Source: Corallochytrium limacisporum Hawaii
Taxonomy: Eukaryota > Protista > Pluriformea
DNA length: 64,000 nucleotides
NCBI GenBank assembly: GCA_002811645.1
Contig: PDIP01000023.1
Location: 110,808-174,807, forward strand
Direction of reading: 5' to 3'
This document shows, one piece after another, positions 31,842-45,323 of this stretch. The first letter of the stretch is position 1, and each line of letters starts with the position of its first letter. Below the pieces are notes generated by a model, which saw only the letters and a program-made list of their open reading frames with translations, had not been told where the DNA came from and made no database searches. The position numbers and the translations under genes were made by a program.

Positions 31842-33472
31842 CCTCCTGCTCTTCCCCCCTCTCCCCAAACGTTTCCTTTCCAATTCCCACCGATACTTTA
31901 AGGTTTAAGGTGCACCAGTGCAGCAGGGTGGCTCATAACTTTTTCGGCTATCCATCGTGGGTCCGTATACCCGGAGTTGACTTCGAGGATTCTGCGTTTC
32001 ACTGCTCCCACAGCGCCTGCATCGCTGGGGGGGGGGGCATTGTCTGAGGGTTTACACCGAAACTCTCTGCTGCAGTTTCTGGTGCAGCAAATAGAAAAAA
32101 AAAATTGGGGTGTAAATGGAGGGGGGCGTGTCAGGTAGAAGAAAAACGGAAAATGTGTGTCACCCCTCGGTCACTCCGCGCCGTTACCGGTCTGCAGGGA
32201 TGCGTCTGAATTTTTTTCACCAAAGTTCCCTTCTTTGGCTATCGGGATGAAAGCTCTCCCGAAAACTTTTCACGATGGCACGGGATACGCACAGCATGTG
32301 GTTGAGATTCATTGGTCATTAGCCCCTCCTCTGGTCTTCCAACTGCTACATAATGCTGAAGCTGCGTTCCTGCTGCTGTTGTTGAGCATTGGTCCGTCTT
32401 ACCATCAATTTTTCTTCAACCAGTATGTTCTTGCCCTCAGTATTCTTATTCACATTGTGTAATGTACAGAGATACGCCCCATGAATTCTGGAGTGGAGAG
32501 ACCCATTCATTGGTAAGCGGAGCCATGCCGGGCCGACCATCGTTCTGGAACGATTTTGTTCAGATGTTCGCCTGTTTCGCACCCGGTAGCCTGCAACCCC
32601 CCCCCTCCCTCTCTCTCTCTCTCTCCCGCTCTCTCTCTCTCTCTCCCGATCTCTCTCTGGACCTCTTCTCTTTTCTAACATAAGAGCAGCCTTTACCTCG
32701 GTGTTTATTTCCTCGCGAGGATACTGACTGTGGCTTTTGGTTGTAGCGAACAGCTCTATACCGCAGATCTCGAACCCCCCCTCCCCTTCTTTTCGTCTGT
32801 GGCCCACCACCACCCCACTTATCGCCGTTATCCTCTTCTGTCGCTCTCTGATCCCTTCCTGTCACTTCGCAGTTGTGTTTTGGTCGGCTACACGTCCTCA
32901 CTGCATCGAGACTCTTCCGTTGGCAAAGTCAACACACGTGCCACTCTCGACCTCACTTGCCTTGAAATTGAAATGTTTCACAGACGCCATCGTTGCAAAG
33001 TACAGGACCCCGACAACGCCTTCAGTACCATACAATTAGTACCAGAATTGAGCACTGGCTATGGGGGCGGAGGGGGCTGACACCCTGAACGCAGTGAGTC
33101 ATGAACCCGATGGATCAGCTGCGGATGGCCGTTCCCTTTCTGTAAAAGTCTCGATATCAATACAGCCGAGCCCCTTGTTGTGTGTAGAGGCTGGGTGAGA
33201 TGGTGTGCAGCATCGCGCACGCAATGGCCCTCCCCAACCACCACCAGCAGTCTCAGCCGTTCGGATTCGATGCAGCCTATTATCTTATACTTAATATATT
33301 GGATTTTTATCTGAGTTCATTGTTTCCTGGCATAACGGTTGACTTCATTTCCAAGAACCCGTGAGGAGATGGAAAGCGATGATATCGCGAGCTGTGTGCA
33401 TTACGAGAATTAGCAGTATGTATATCATATGTGGCAATACTCACACAACGCGTCCCATGGCGCCTCGGTACA

Positions 33473-33718
33473 CCTCAAGATAGGTTGACAACAGTGGGTC
33501 CGTCCCTAAAACAGCACGGTAACAGCTGGTACATTTAACATTGGCTGCGTTCGCTGCACGAGGCCAGGGCATCGCGACCCGCAGAAGATGTTTGGTTTTG
33601 AGGGGGGGGAGGGGAGAGGGAGGGGGACCAAAATATACCCCCCGAATAAAAAACCCTCAAGATAGGTAAGGCAACAGTGGTCCCGTCCCAAAAACAGCAC
33701 GGCAACAATTAGTACATT
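33473..33718. repeat. Imperfect ~64-bp direct repeat (33473-33536 and 33655-33718)
   Basis: Both copies read cctcaagataggt..caacagtgg..cgtccc.aaaacagcacgg.aaca...gtacatt, offset by 182 bp. Confidence 0.85.
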
Positions 33719-34500
33719 CACTATATCACTATAATGTTCCACGTGTGGGCGGCTTCCTGCCCTTTTTCTCAAGAGCAACCACGAACACTGTGCTGCACTG
33801 TGTGGCCTTAGAAGGCAAATTGGTAGTGTTACTACTACCACTGCAGAACTCGATGCGCCGATGCCTGCGTGTTGGAACAACACATTGCCGCTTTGGATGA
33901 CCCTCCCTCTTCCCCACAACTCGTTCTGTGAGGCCACCCTTCCTCCACGCCCCGGCGGGGTTGGTTCGGTCGGGAATCCGCAAACAGTGCTTGGAAGAGC
34001 TTTCCGTATAAATGAATTCGGTGCACTTGCCGTTACTGGCTGGAGGAAGAAGAAAAAGCGGGAGATATTTGGCCTCGGTGGTGCGAGGCACCATGTCGGG
34101 CTTCGGTGGTCTCACTCACCCCCAGGGACGGCCTATCCAGACGTCGATATGGGCCAGGCCAAGATAGACTATTACACAGTTACACTATAGACCAGAGACG
34201 GTTCACGCGGAGGAGAAGGGGGGATTGGGGGGACCCCGGGTTCGCACGGAAATCAGAACGGCCACCCAGAGACTTGGACAAGTTGGCCAATACTCGAGAA
34301 ATTGCACCTTCAAACAATACCCAGGGATCGCGATCAAAGAGTTGTAGAGACCGGAACAGATAAAGTCTGATTAACCGCTGTACCACTAAAAACTGATTTG
34401 GGCTAGGGAAGCGAGAAAGAGTCAGCGGCGGTAGATAGAGAGGGGAGGAGCAGCAAAGAAAAAGGTTTCAATGTTTAAAAAAATAGAAGGGGGAGGGAGA

Positions 34501-34663
34501 NNNNNNNNNNNNNNNNNNNNNNNNNNNNNNNNNNNNNNNNNNNNNNNNNNNNNNNNNNNNNNNNNNNNNNNNNNNNNNNNNNNNNNNNNNNNNNNNNNNN
34601 NNNNNNNNNNNNNNNNNNNNNNNNNNNNNNNNNNNNNNNNNNNNNNNNNNNNNNNNNNNNNNN
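34501..34663. other. Assembly gap
   Basis: N-run next to G-tracts. Confidence 0.99.
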
Positions 34664-37600
34664 GGGGGGGGTGGTAAGAAGAGAGTGGGCGGGGAAGTAT
34701 AGGGGGTGATATGCGCGCGCACACACACACACACACACACATCCCTTCTCCCCTGGCTGCTTTGTTTTGACTACTCCTGGCTGACATTACCCGGGGAAAG
34801 GATCATTCCGTCGATGATAGGGAGAACCGGTACCTTAAGAGCAAAAAGGAACAACAAAAGAGCGAAAAATAGACGGAAAAGCGAATGGGCCCTTGTGAGT
34901 TCGAGCGAGCGAGAGAGCGAGCGAGAGAGTTTCTGGAAGCCGAAAGGGTGATACAATGGTGACCACGCGAGAGTGGAGCCCCTTACGTGGGAGAGGAGCC
35001 GCGCAAGTGTGAGAGACAGCGTTGGCAAACTAACATGGTGAGAGAGCGAGAGTCGGGCATGGGGTGCGAGAACAAAAAGAAATAAGGCCACACACACACA
35101 CACACACACAGGCAAAAGTACCGAGAGGTTGTGAAACTATAAGTGTGTGTGTATGTTTAAATTACTGTGTGACGAGACGGAAGGGAGCGTGCAAGAGTTT
35201 CGCATGAAACTACGAGTTTGGGGCTCGTGTACCGAGACACGAAACTTCAGTTCTCTTGTATACTTTGCTTATGACGTAGGGTCCATGAGTACTGAACAGA
35301 TCCAAAGACTATATTGAGGCATTGCGGAGGGTAGGGAATTTTAAAACTGTTGTGTTGTGACTCGCAGGTTATCACATCGTGCTCCCGCAGCCAAGATACC
35401 AGAGAATCGGAGCAGTGTTCTCTCTCATGACATTTTACGTCATATATTTACTATAAAGATCTGGGTCTTGATCGTGGAGATCGTATAATGATCTTCTCTA
35501 GAAAATAAACATTCTGACCTCAGCCAGAATATGAAAACGCCAACGGCTCTCTGAAGAGCCTCGCTATTCGGTCGGGTTTAAGGCTTCCACATAGATCCCC
35601 TCGGTACCCACATAGAGTCGCTATTTTTGTAGAGAATGAATGGGCCCATGGGCACTCCAGTTTCTCACAACTGACATTGGCAGAGAGCCTGGTTCTGTGG
35701 TGCATATGTTCGACATGGGCCAGAGATCTTTTGCCCCTCGTTTTGCCATTAATACGCCTCGTTTGAGGACTCGACTGCTGCGTCAATAAACAGAACACGT
35801 TCGAAGCATTCGCGCTGGGGGGGGGGGGGGAAAGGACAACAGAAACAGCAAAACATATAAGAAATAGGGCAATAATCTCCATAGACTTAGTATAAAGAGC
35901 ATACAAAGTGTAATACATACCAAGCTGTAGTCTGCGAGAATCCCGATCTCGGCAAATATATACCGAATCTCACAGCGCACGCATGGCACAAGCGGTCGTG
36001 CAATATCCTTGGTACGTATAGCAACGAAGTACTGCTATTGGGTGTGCTTTCCCCGCACAAGTGATAGTGTTCCATGAAAAGCAGCAGGTGGTGCGTTGAT
36101 GCGTCACAGAGAACCAACAGAACACTGCACTTACCGAATGGAATAGCATTCGGACAACAACCTGCTTAGTAAGCCATAGCCGTGCGTTGTTCGTGTGGGT
36201 CTTCAATTTGCCGGAACAATGACGTTTAGCATGACGACCCCATCCCAAGGCTATGGCGTTAGCAGTTTTCCCCACATCCACTCAACCCCTGAACGCGGCC
36301 ACGCCCATCGTCCTTTCAGCTGTCTTCAGCATGCTTATGTGTTCCACAAGACATCAATCTCACTACTCGATCACCTAACCAGATACTCATCAGTTTCAAG
36401 CATTGATCGACAGAGAAGCACATGCACTGGCAGCGGTCTTCATAGCAATGAGATCCCACATGTACTACCGGGCATGGCAGGTTGGCGGCCGATGCCTCTG
36501 TTTACTTGTCGTGGTTGGTGAGGGATCGGAAGTTGGGCTGACGAGAATGGATCAAACGGATCAAAATCGACCAGACTACCGAAGCGAGGAGGTAGGAGCT
36601 ACGAACTTGGGACGAAAGCAAGATAAAATTTGTGATGCAAAGACACCAACCACCGCCAATGCCGCAGACCCACGGTCCCCACCACTTGCTCCACCACCCC
36701 ACCAGCGCATACATTCGACACCTTGGTTCCCTTCGCCAGTGTCCCAAAAAAAAAAAAAAAGAAAACAGAAAAACCCCCAAGAATGAAAGTGGTACGGAGG
36801 CGTAGACCCCAACACCAGTGCGAGATGTTACTGTGTTGTACAGCTTGCAGGTTAGTGGTACAGCAATTGCAAAGGAACGATGATGCGTGGTTTGCACGAT
36901 TTGTGAACGTGTTCTATAATTGGGTGCCATGATGCCTTTCGACACCCCTCAGATAAATTTGTCGTCCCCGAATTGCTCATGAAAATCCTATACAATAGAT
37001 ATCATTGCATAATCTACACCCACGCAGAATACTGAATAATCACATCACAAGTATTGGTGAATAAATTCTATACACTCCAATCATCAACCTCGAGCCGGAT
37101 CAGTTGATTGAATATGTTCCAGTTTGTGGTAGAATGCTACCGGACAATGTTTGGCCTTATTCTTGGACTACAGCGTGCCGTAGGGGTTATACAGATTTCT
37201 AGTGCGGCCCAGAACGAAAATAGGGGAGGGCCGGTAAGCTCCAGGAAAGAAGGAAGATGAAGTATAAAGGTGGAGTTCCTGAGGTTAGATCTGTGGGTCT
37301 TGATCAGACCTACGTTTCTCGGTTTCCTGGTGATCCTGACTGGGAATCTACCCCGACCCAGGCTTGCCGCGCCGCTGGGTGAGACCAAGAAATCGAACTC
37401 TTCAGAGCCTAGAGCATGAACGCACGGGAAACACGCCCTCCACCAAAAGTCCCATGTCATTTTGGGGCTTGGTCACGGGGTGGATCGGGTACTGGTCCTC
37501 AATTGGTTCTCCTGAAAACCAGAACGTGTGCCTTGAATCCCTGGCGAGTAATAGGCATGATAAGTTTTATTTTGAGGATCAAAAACGAATAAACTGAAGA

Positions 37601-39380
37601 AATTGTTCAGGGGTTGGCAGCAGAGGGACGACATTTTTGCAAGGGTGCATTCTGATGCGAAAAAAAATAGTGAATTAGTCAGTGCAGTCACTATGTCCTA
37701 GGGGTTTGGACCTTTGTGGGCAGCCTGTCGGACAAGGTGGGGTACTACGTGAACGAAAGTGTCGGGGAAGGGTTGGCTCGGTGGTGCAGCTCCGTTCTCG
37801 CGCTCTTGTAATAGTTTCAGTACTATCATGTGTCTACTGATGGTCTTGCCCTTTTGAGGTAATAGCGATCTCTTCCAGAGTTCAGCCATTCCCCTGGGCC
37901 AGGGCGCAAAGCGTTCCCTCATTTTCATTCGAATGTTGAGGGGGTGTTCCATGCGGTTGGTGACCGATGGTTCCCGAAGAAAAAAAAAATAACATCGTCA
38001 GTTTGTCGCCCTCGCAGATTATATAGGCATTTGGTGCCGTATGACGCAGCCGGAGTTGTGAGAGGAATGGGACAGGGGCAAGGGGATCGACCCCTGTCCA
38101 ACATCATCATGTGGTGGGGCTGCCCAGCTGTCGTCAAATACTGATAAAATTTTCAGCCGAATGCATCATGCAGGAACCAATGCTGCAGCACGAACCCTCA
38201 AAGTCTGCTGAACAAGTCAAACGAGTGACAACTCATCGGCGCTACGCTACGTAGCATAGAAAATGAAACTAGATCAAAATAGTTAACCGGTAGCAAACAT
38301 ATCTCTCATATCTCCAACACCAAACTATATTAAAGGATTTGTGGATTTGTTGTGGGTTGTGTAGTTCGTATTCTCGACCATTGAGCACCTATCGAATCAA
38401 GAAAAAAAAACTAGATTTCCCAAGGGATGATGTATTGTCCAGGCTTTACGCCGCGCAATTTCCCATTAATTCTTGGGATCTGACGCGACGAGGAGACCCC
38501 ACAGGTAAGGAACCCCTCCCGTTACACGGAATACTTCTCTTTCACGTATTGCTCATACTCTTGCGGCTTGGTCCATAGCTATTGTGTGCTGCTTTCCATT
38601 CATTCCATATTTCATACAGCTAATTCTTGAAGGACACCCCCATCAGAACCCACAAGCGAGACACAGGCGACAGTTCGGAACGAGAGGGCTTGGGAACAAC
38701 GGGCGAGCTGGGCTAGACTCAAGTTGATGCAGAGCGAGAGAAGGTGAGATCAAAGACGATAGAGATGTTTCCGTGACGTATCTGATCGAAGGTCGGCTGA
38801 ATTTTTGGTTAGACCAAGCCAGGAGTCGCCTACGCGTGGCAGGTGGACGGGGCTGGGAACAGAAACGTTTTCCTTGGTCGGACCGACGGAAGACCGGAGC
38901 GGCGGCGGAGGGTGGGGCGAATGAAAAACACTAAACACGGGATTCTTGCTACTAAAACGCTGGGCTGGCTCGCCGTGTGTTGTAGAATTGGTGTTCTGTT
39001 TTTGTTCTCCCTGAGCATCGTAAACCAAAGAAGAAGGTCATCTGTAACGAAGATATGAAAAGGGAAGAAGAGAACAGAAGACGAAGCTAGAGCATGATTG
39101 GAAGAAAGGCAAGCCGACACGACACCTGGGCTTGTAAACAGTGGCTTCTCGGAGTGATCAAGCCTGATTGCCCCGGTTCGGGCCAGCCAATGTTTGCACT
39201 TGGCAGCTGCGTTTTTAAACGTCCCTTTTCCAAAGTAACGGGACTGGCTGGTTGTTGGGAAACTTTTCTGGTTTCTCCTTATATTTCGCGGTCAACCAAC
39301 TATTCTAGTCTCAGGTGATGATGACCCTGGTTCCATGCTGAGGCTGCTTGCTGCACTCTCCATGTTAACCCCCCCGCCCC

Positions 39381-39420
39381 NNNNNNNNNNNNNNNNNNNN
39401 NNNNNNNNNNNNNNNNNNNN
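39381..39420. other. Assembly gap with duplicated flanks
   Basis: tccatgttaacccc occurs on both sides of the N-run. Confidence 0.95.
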
Positions 39421-42400
39421 TCCATGTTAACCCCCCCCCCCCCCAAACTTCCTTATAGTTCTTCTTCTCTCTTCCTCTTGACAACTTCTGATGCATGGTG
39501 GTGGTGAGTTTAGATGATCATAAATGATTTCCTGGGGTCCCAAAACACATGTTCTCAACGATGTCTTTCCGCCGCTGTTGACAGGCAGTACGGCACACGA
39601 TAGGGCACCGGAAAATACGGGAGTAATCTCACAGCCATTCACTAGTCACAAACCTTCAAAGTTACGCGGTGTGCAGACCTTGTGGGATCATCTTCGTCAT
39701 CATCTATAATCATCGTCCGTTTCATCAAGAGCCCTGGCCATCCGCATCCAATCCATCCATCATCCATCGTCATCAATAAACGTATGCTGCTCTGGTGATG
39801 CTTTGAGCACCACAAAAGGAATACATGGGTGATGGACACCTTGGGGAAGTCAGCTTGCAGCCCTTGACGAATGGGTTACCTTTCACAGTCAATCGGTGAC
39901 GTACCGAATAGGCCCACAAGCAAGGGAGGAAACAAACGTTTCCGGAGATGCCCCGGTTGGTAAGCCTACGTTCATGGGCCCCCGGCCCATCTCATACCAC
40001 ACCTACTCGGTGTGGACCAACACCCTAGCACATTGATTGGCTTGCCAGGATGAATCCGATGTCCGTTCCACATCGCCTTCAGAGAAACGCGCGTACTGGC
40101 AGTTTGCTTTCAGCAAGAGCTCGTGAACAGACATCAACCTCAAAATTCTAGGTATTCCATGTGCTCTCCATGAGTGCGGTCCAGCCTTTCTTGCACGGGT
40201 TACTCATCGGTTTTAACGGGTTTCTCGTTCGAAACAGCCTCGTTTGGGATAAGTTCATCACGAACTTGGTAATTTCCAGCCCACGCAAACTTCAAAATCC
40301 ACGCACCAAGGTGTAACAGGCATATCTCTACCGCCTTTTGTTGGTAAACGAGAAACCCGCGGCCGAAGAGTAATACTTCGCGTGCAGCCTTGTGTGATTG
40401 AGCGAGTCAGTTAATAGTACGACCCCATGCGCACAAAGGATAGGTAATTGTGACCTTGTAAAGCATCAGAGACAGAAAGTTACAAAGCAGAGCCTAGACC
40501 CATATAGCAAGAAGCTCCTCAAGGTGGCCTTAGAACGATGTTCTCACATTCTACACAAAAGAGAAGGGTCAGCGAGGAAGGTAAATGGGTAGGGCTGCAT
40601 ATGGGACCGTGTCGGAGACCTGTGAGGCAATATAGTAATTACCTCCTCAAGAGTTGGAATGGTTCCGGAGCCGGGGTCAACCAATATAGTTAGCGTACCA
40701 GTCCGGTGGATTTATTTTAGTTGTTGCAGTGCGTGGATCGAGCCGGCTTTGTACACATCTGGCCACGCCATGGCTGTTTTTGGTTCTGCTTGGGTGAATG
40801 GCGGCAGATTGGCTAAACGAGAAATGAAAAAAAAAAAAATGGCAAGAACAAAGATCCGCCCTTCTGTGTATCTTCTACCGCAACGTTGGTACCAAAAGCC
40901 CGTCCCGTTGTAACTGAGTTTGCAATAGCGCCTGCCAAATGAGATACAGCGCCCTCTTTATGAAGAGTTTTCGCGAGAGTAGTGGCTGGTGAGTATACAG
41001 CCCAAAGACTTTTGTGCGCATGTGCCAGATGGTGTTCTCTCTGGTACTTTTTTCACTTCCTTTTGCCTGCCGGGATCGAGGTCTACGCCTCGCGGCCGTG
41101 GGCGGTTTATGGCGTGAAGGCGGCGATGTGTGTCTGTGTTGTTTTTTCGCCTGCTTCTGTGTGTGTGCACCTTTTGCGATCCCGTACGAGCAGAAAACCG
41201 TTTCGCAATGAGGGCCAGAGGGGTTGGAGACGAGCCAGCCGTCTCGTATCTCCCGACATCTGAGCAACTCGCGCGTTGAATCAGCGTCAACGTCGAACGA
41301 ATGCAATACGCATGCCCGTCCATTCTTTGTACAGTCATCCATTGATCTAATGGTTATTCAAACTTATCGTAACAGCCCACATGTGTTGTATGAGTGTGAG
41401 TGAACACCTGGATATTGCATCTATCTGAAGACGAGCACACTCTCAGAGATTAGACAACGGTCATACACTCATAATTGAAACCTGGCGCAAATGCATCGGC
41501 ACCTAATCACATTATTCAAAATACAAAGAACGACCAGATTAACATGCTCAAAGGGAACGTAGTTGGTTGGTGGCGATGTCCAAGAATGCCTGTTGAACAA
41601 CGTACAACCATAGGCCGGAGTAGTGAGAAACCTGAAACAGCCAGTGAATCAGGTTCGTTGGGAAGACGTGCGTGTGTAATAGATGGCGACGGCGTTCAAT
41701 ATTGGAATGTACGTGGTACAGTGATGGATGGATGGATTGATGAAGGAGTGGATGCAGGGGTGGATGCGTGTTGTATGCCGGGGTTTGATGCGGCGATGAT
41801 ATGTGTGATCTCGGAAGTCTATCGGTTTCTCTTTGCCAACCCCTACTTGTGCTGAAAGTTCTGGCTTGTTTCTGTGACCGTGTGCAGAGGAATAATGGCG
41901 TTGGCCGGGTTTTCGTTGGGGGTGGATTACTATCGTAATATGTGTGTCGTATCAGTCTGAAGATGCAACTGCTAGACACGTAAGTGGGCGAACTGATAAG
42001 GGAGCATGGATGATTTGGGGGATGGGGGCTTGCGGCACTTGCCATTCGACTCTTCCACCTTTTTGCGGACTCACTACGTCGGATGGTGGGTGATCTTTTG
42101 GTAAGGGAGCCAGCAAAATGCTCGGTTCGCCTCTCGCCCCTTCATTGGCCTTTCGCTCCTTCAGATGAGCCCCGACAGTGGAAGCGAGTGACGGATTGGT
42201 CGCGCCGTTCTCCTCCGTTGTGTGTCTTCTCTACGCTGGAATGTCTGATGCACATCAAACCCAGTGGCCGCTTCACTGCGCACATCCTGGAGCTCGCCTG
42301 CGACTGGGCTGTTTACAGGGTAAATTTCCTGCCTTCACGAACGCCCCAGAACGGAAAGTTTAAAAAATTTTAAAGTGCCGGTTCTCGGCAATCTGCATGT

Positions 42401-42987
42401 GGGCCCACATAGGGCAATGTTCATGGACATACACGAGACATGTGAGTTTACAGGCAAATACATATGAATTGTTTGTTTTGATGGCAACACAGACCACTAC
42501 ACATCACCGGAAGTTATTAGTGTAGCCGTTGCGGAGACGGTCGCGCGCTGAGCCAATTCCCACCAGCGCCAAAACGACCGCCGCCCTATGCTCACGATGT
42601 GCACACCATTTCGATTCGAAATATATTTCAAATATAAATGTCTCGCTCGATTTTGTGGGCGATAATTGTTAGAAGTAAGTATATTAAATTAGCCACTCCA
42701 TCTTCAGAGCCATTGTTTTGGCCAACCGGGCATGAAGCGGGGGAAGAGAGAGTGGGAGGAGGAGGAAACCCTTCAGAGAAACACACCCCAAACGCCACTC
42801 GCCTCCCCCGCGGGGCCCCTCTGGTGAGAGGGAGGCAAGGTTTGGCCTGGCTATTTGATATGCTCTCTGGTTGTGTACGTTCATAAATTGAGAGGCTGCT
42901 GGTGTAGATTAGTTTGTAGACGAACAGAAATTTTAAAAGTGACAATGTGAAACAAACAGCGAAGATCTATAGACTGTAACAGGAATC

Positions 42988-43791
42988 ATGCCTATCATCC
43001 AGGACGTGGAGTCCTTCGAGGCTCACGACATGGAAGTCGGCAATGCAGTCCTTCGCAAGAGGTTGGCTAAAGCAAAGCGACTAGCACGGAGACTGGAGCT
43101 CGAAACAACATTCATGAAGAAACGACTTGCATACTTTGAAAAGCATCCCCCCAAGATAAAACCTGCACCACTGCCGAGTGTACTCATCTTGGCCCGGCCA
43201 CAGACGTACACTGCTGCCCATTCCGTCACGGTCAAAGTGCCTCCACCGCCGACCAGGGCACCGTCCCGTGCACCTGCACGGCGGAGAACAGCATCGAAGG
43301 ATCCTAAGGCACCACGGAGGCCGCAAAATGCTTTCATTCTCTTTTGCAACGATCACAGGGAGGAAGTGCTGCAGCAACTCTCCAAAACATCCGAACGGCC
43401 GACACACGAGGTCACCGGCGAGTTGGCAAGGCGGTGGAAAGACCTGCCAGCTGAAGACAAGCAGAAGTACTATGATCAGTACACGGCGGACAAAGTAAAG
43501 TATGCTGCAGACCTGAAATCGTACAAAAAGTCTGGCGGATCGGGTTCATCCTCATCGACGAAGAAGGGTGCTACTGCCAGAGCGAGTGCCGCATTGAAGG
43601 CAAGGAAGGCAGACGAGGTCGAAGAGGACGATGCGGAAGATGAGGATGAGGAAGAGGAAGAGGATGAGGATGAGGAAGAGGATGAGGAAGAAGAGGAGGA
43701 GGAAGATGAAGATGAAGAGGACATGGAAGCAGACGAAGACGAGGTCGAGGATGCAGAAGATGACGAAGACGAGGAGGAGGACGAGGATTGA
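42988..43791 (+). CDS. HMG-box protein with INO80E/Nhp10-like N-terminal coil and acidic tail
   Basis: HMG box KDPKAPRRPQNAFILFC...LARRWKDLPAEDKQKYYDQY, N-terminal LRKRLAKAKRLARRLELETTFMKKRL, and a long D/E tail. Confidence 0.9.
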   Translation: MPIIQDVESFEAHDMEVGNAVLRKRLAKAKRLARRLELETTFMKKRLAYFEKHPPKIKPAPLPSVLILARPQTYTAAHSVTVKVPPPPTRAPSRAPARRRTASKDPKAPRRPQNAFILFCNDHREEVLQQLSKTSERPTHEVTGELARRWKDLPAEDKQKYYDQYTADKVKYAADLKSYKKSGGSGSSSSTKKGATARASAALKARKADEVEEDDAEDEDEEEEEDEDEEEDEEEEEEEDEDEEDMEADEDEVEDAEDDEDEEEDED

Positions 43792-44611
43792 GGATCTCCC
43801 CTTACCTCGGACCCCTGCCCCGGGGGCCTCCCAACTCCTCCCCCCCCCCCATTCGGCCGTTCGGCTCTTCATACTAAATACATATAGTACTGTACATTGA
43901 TTTTGATTCATAAATATTCCTGACGTGCCCCGGTGTGGCCTTCTTCGTTGGACACCGCCGTCCCTAACTGACCCCCCCCCCGGGGGGCTTCTTCCCAAGC
44001 CCCGGATTTGGAGAGGCAGAGACTGGGCGGGCCGGGAGGTACAGCGGCTGCAAAAAGCCAAAGCGGGGACCCAAAGCCGAAACCGACCCTCGTTCCCTCC
44101 CCCGGGGGGGGGGGGCATTACTTTTTATGGGAAAAAAAAGTACTAGTATTAGAAAACGAGAGAAATAAAAAAAATTCAGCTGATTAAAACCTCCCCCTTA
44201 AGAAAAAAATTTGGTCCTGTTACTCCCCCTCCGGAGGGGACACGGACGCAAGAGCGGAGTCGGGGAAAGAAGACCGCCCGGAAGGGAAGGCGAGGAGGTA
44301 GGCTCCGGCGACGAAGAAGAAAGAAAGAAAGAAACGACAGCAAAGTTAAAAAAAAAAAAGGAAAACTGACAAAAAGGCACAAGAGAGAGAGGGTGAGAGA
44401 AAGGGAGAGAGAGCGAGGGACCCAACCAATGATGAGCCGAAGAAAGAAAAGAAAAAAAATTGATAAAGGGCAAGGAGCCAAACCGGCAACACAGCGGTCT
44501 GCCACATCACTGGGGGTCTCTACTTCTCAATTCTTCTCCTTTTTTTTTATTAGTTTTCTTTGGCCTACCTTCTTGCTTGGGCGCACGGCCCGGTTTTTTT
44601 TTTTGTTCCCC

Positions 44612-44838
44612 NNNNNNNNNNNNNNNNNNNNNNNNNNNNNNNNNNNNNNNNNNNNNNNNNNNNNNNNNNNNNNNNNNNNNNNNNNNNNNNNNNNNNNNNN
44701 NNNNNNNNNNNNNNNNNNNNNNNNNNNNNNNNNNNNNNNNNNNNNNNNNNNNNNNNNNNNNNNNNNNNNNNNNNNNNNNNNNNNNNNNNNNNNNNNNNNN
44801 NNNNNNNNNNNNNNNNNNNNNNNNNNNNNNNNNNNNNN
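44612..44838. other. Assembly gap
   Basis: N-run next to C-tracts. Confidence 0.99.
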
Positions 44839-45323
44839 CCCCCCGGCTGCCCCCCAATACACACTCACTCACTCACACACAGAGCGTACAACCTCCCCCA
44901 CCCCCGCAAATGATGAGTGGGTATCGACCGGCAGCTGTTGGGAGGCCCGTCGACCGGTGTGCGTTCGGATGGGGTCTAATGGACGGGAAGCAAGTCCGTG
45001 TGACAGTGTGCGAAGTGATATTGATGACGGCTCAAGGAGGACCTGTGTGTGATGGAGGTCTTGGCAGTGTGTAATTATCTACTGCTCGAAAGTATGGTGT
45101 GATATGTCTCTTGTTCGGTGGTACTTGAACAACATAGTGTGACTGATTAGTCAGCTGGCTGATGCTTCCACAGCCGAGGACAATTGAGGAGCTGAGAGAC
45201 ATCGGTGCCGACTTCAGCACAGTCAAGGAGGAAAAGAATGACCTGAGTGCACCACAAAGGGCATAGATCCCCCTTCAACAGAAACGTCCGAAATTGTGCC
45301 GAATTCGTTTACACACAGGAGCC

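Noticed and set aside
36410-36420. U6-like ACAGAGAAG
   Set aside because: Not followed by ATTAGC or any other U6 sequence.
40217-40360. 13-bp inverted repeat CGGGTTTCTCGTT / AACGAGAAACCCG
   Set aside because: It does not extend, has no target-site duplication, and is plausible by chance in 64 kb.
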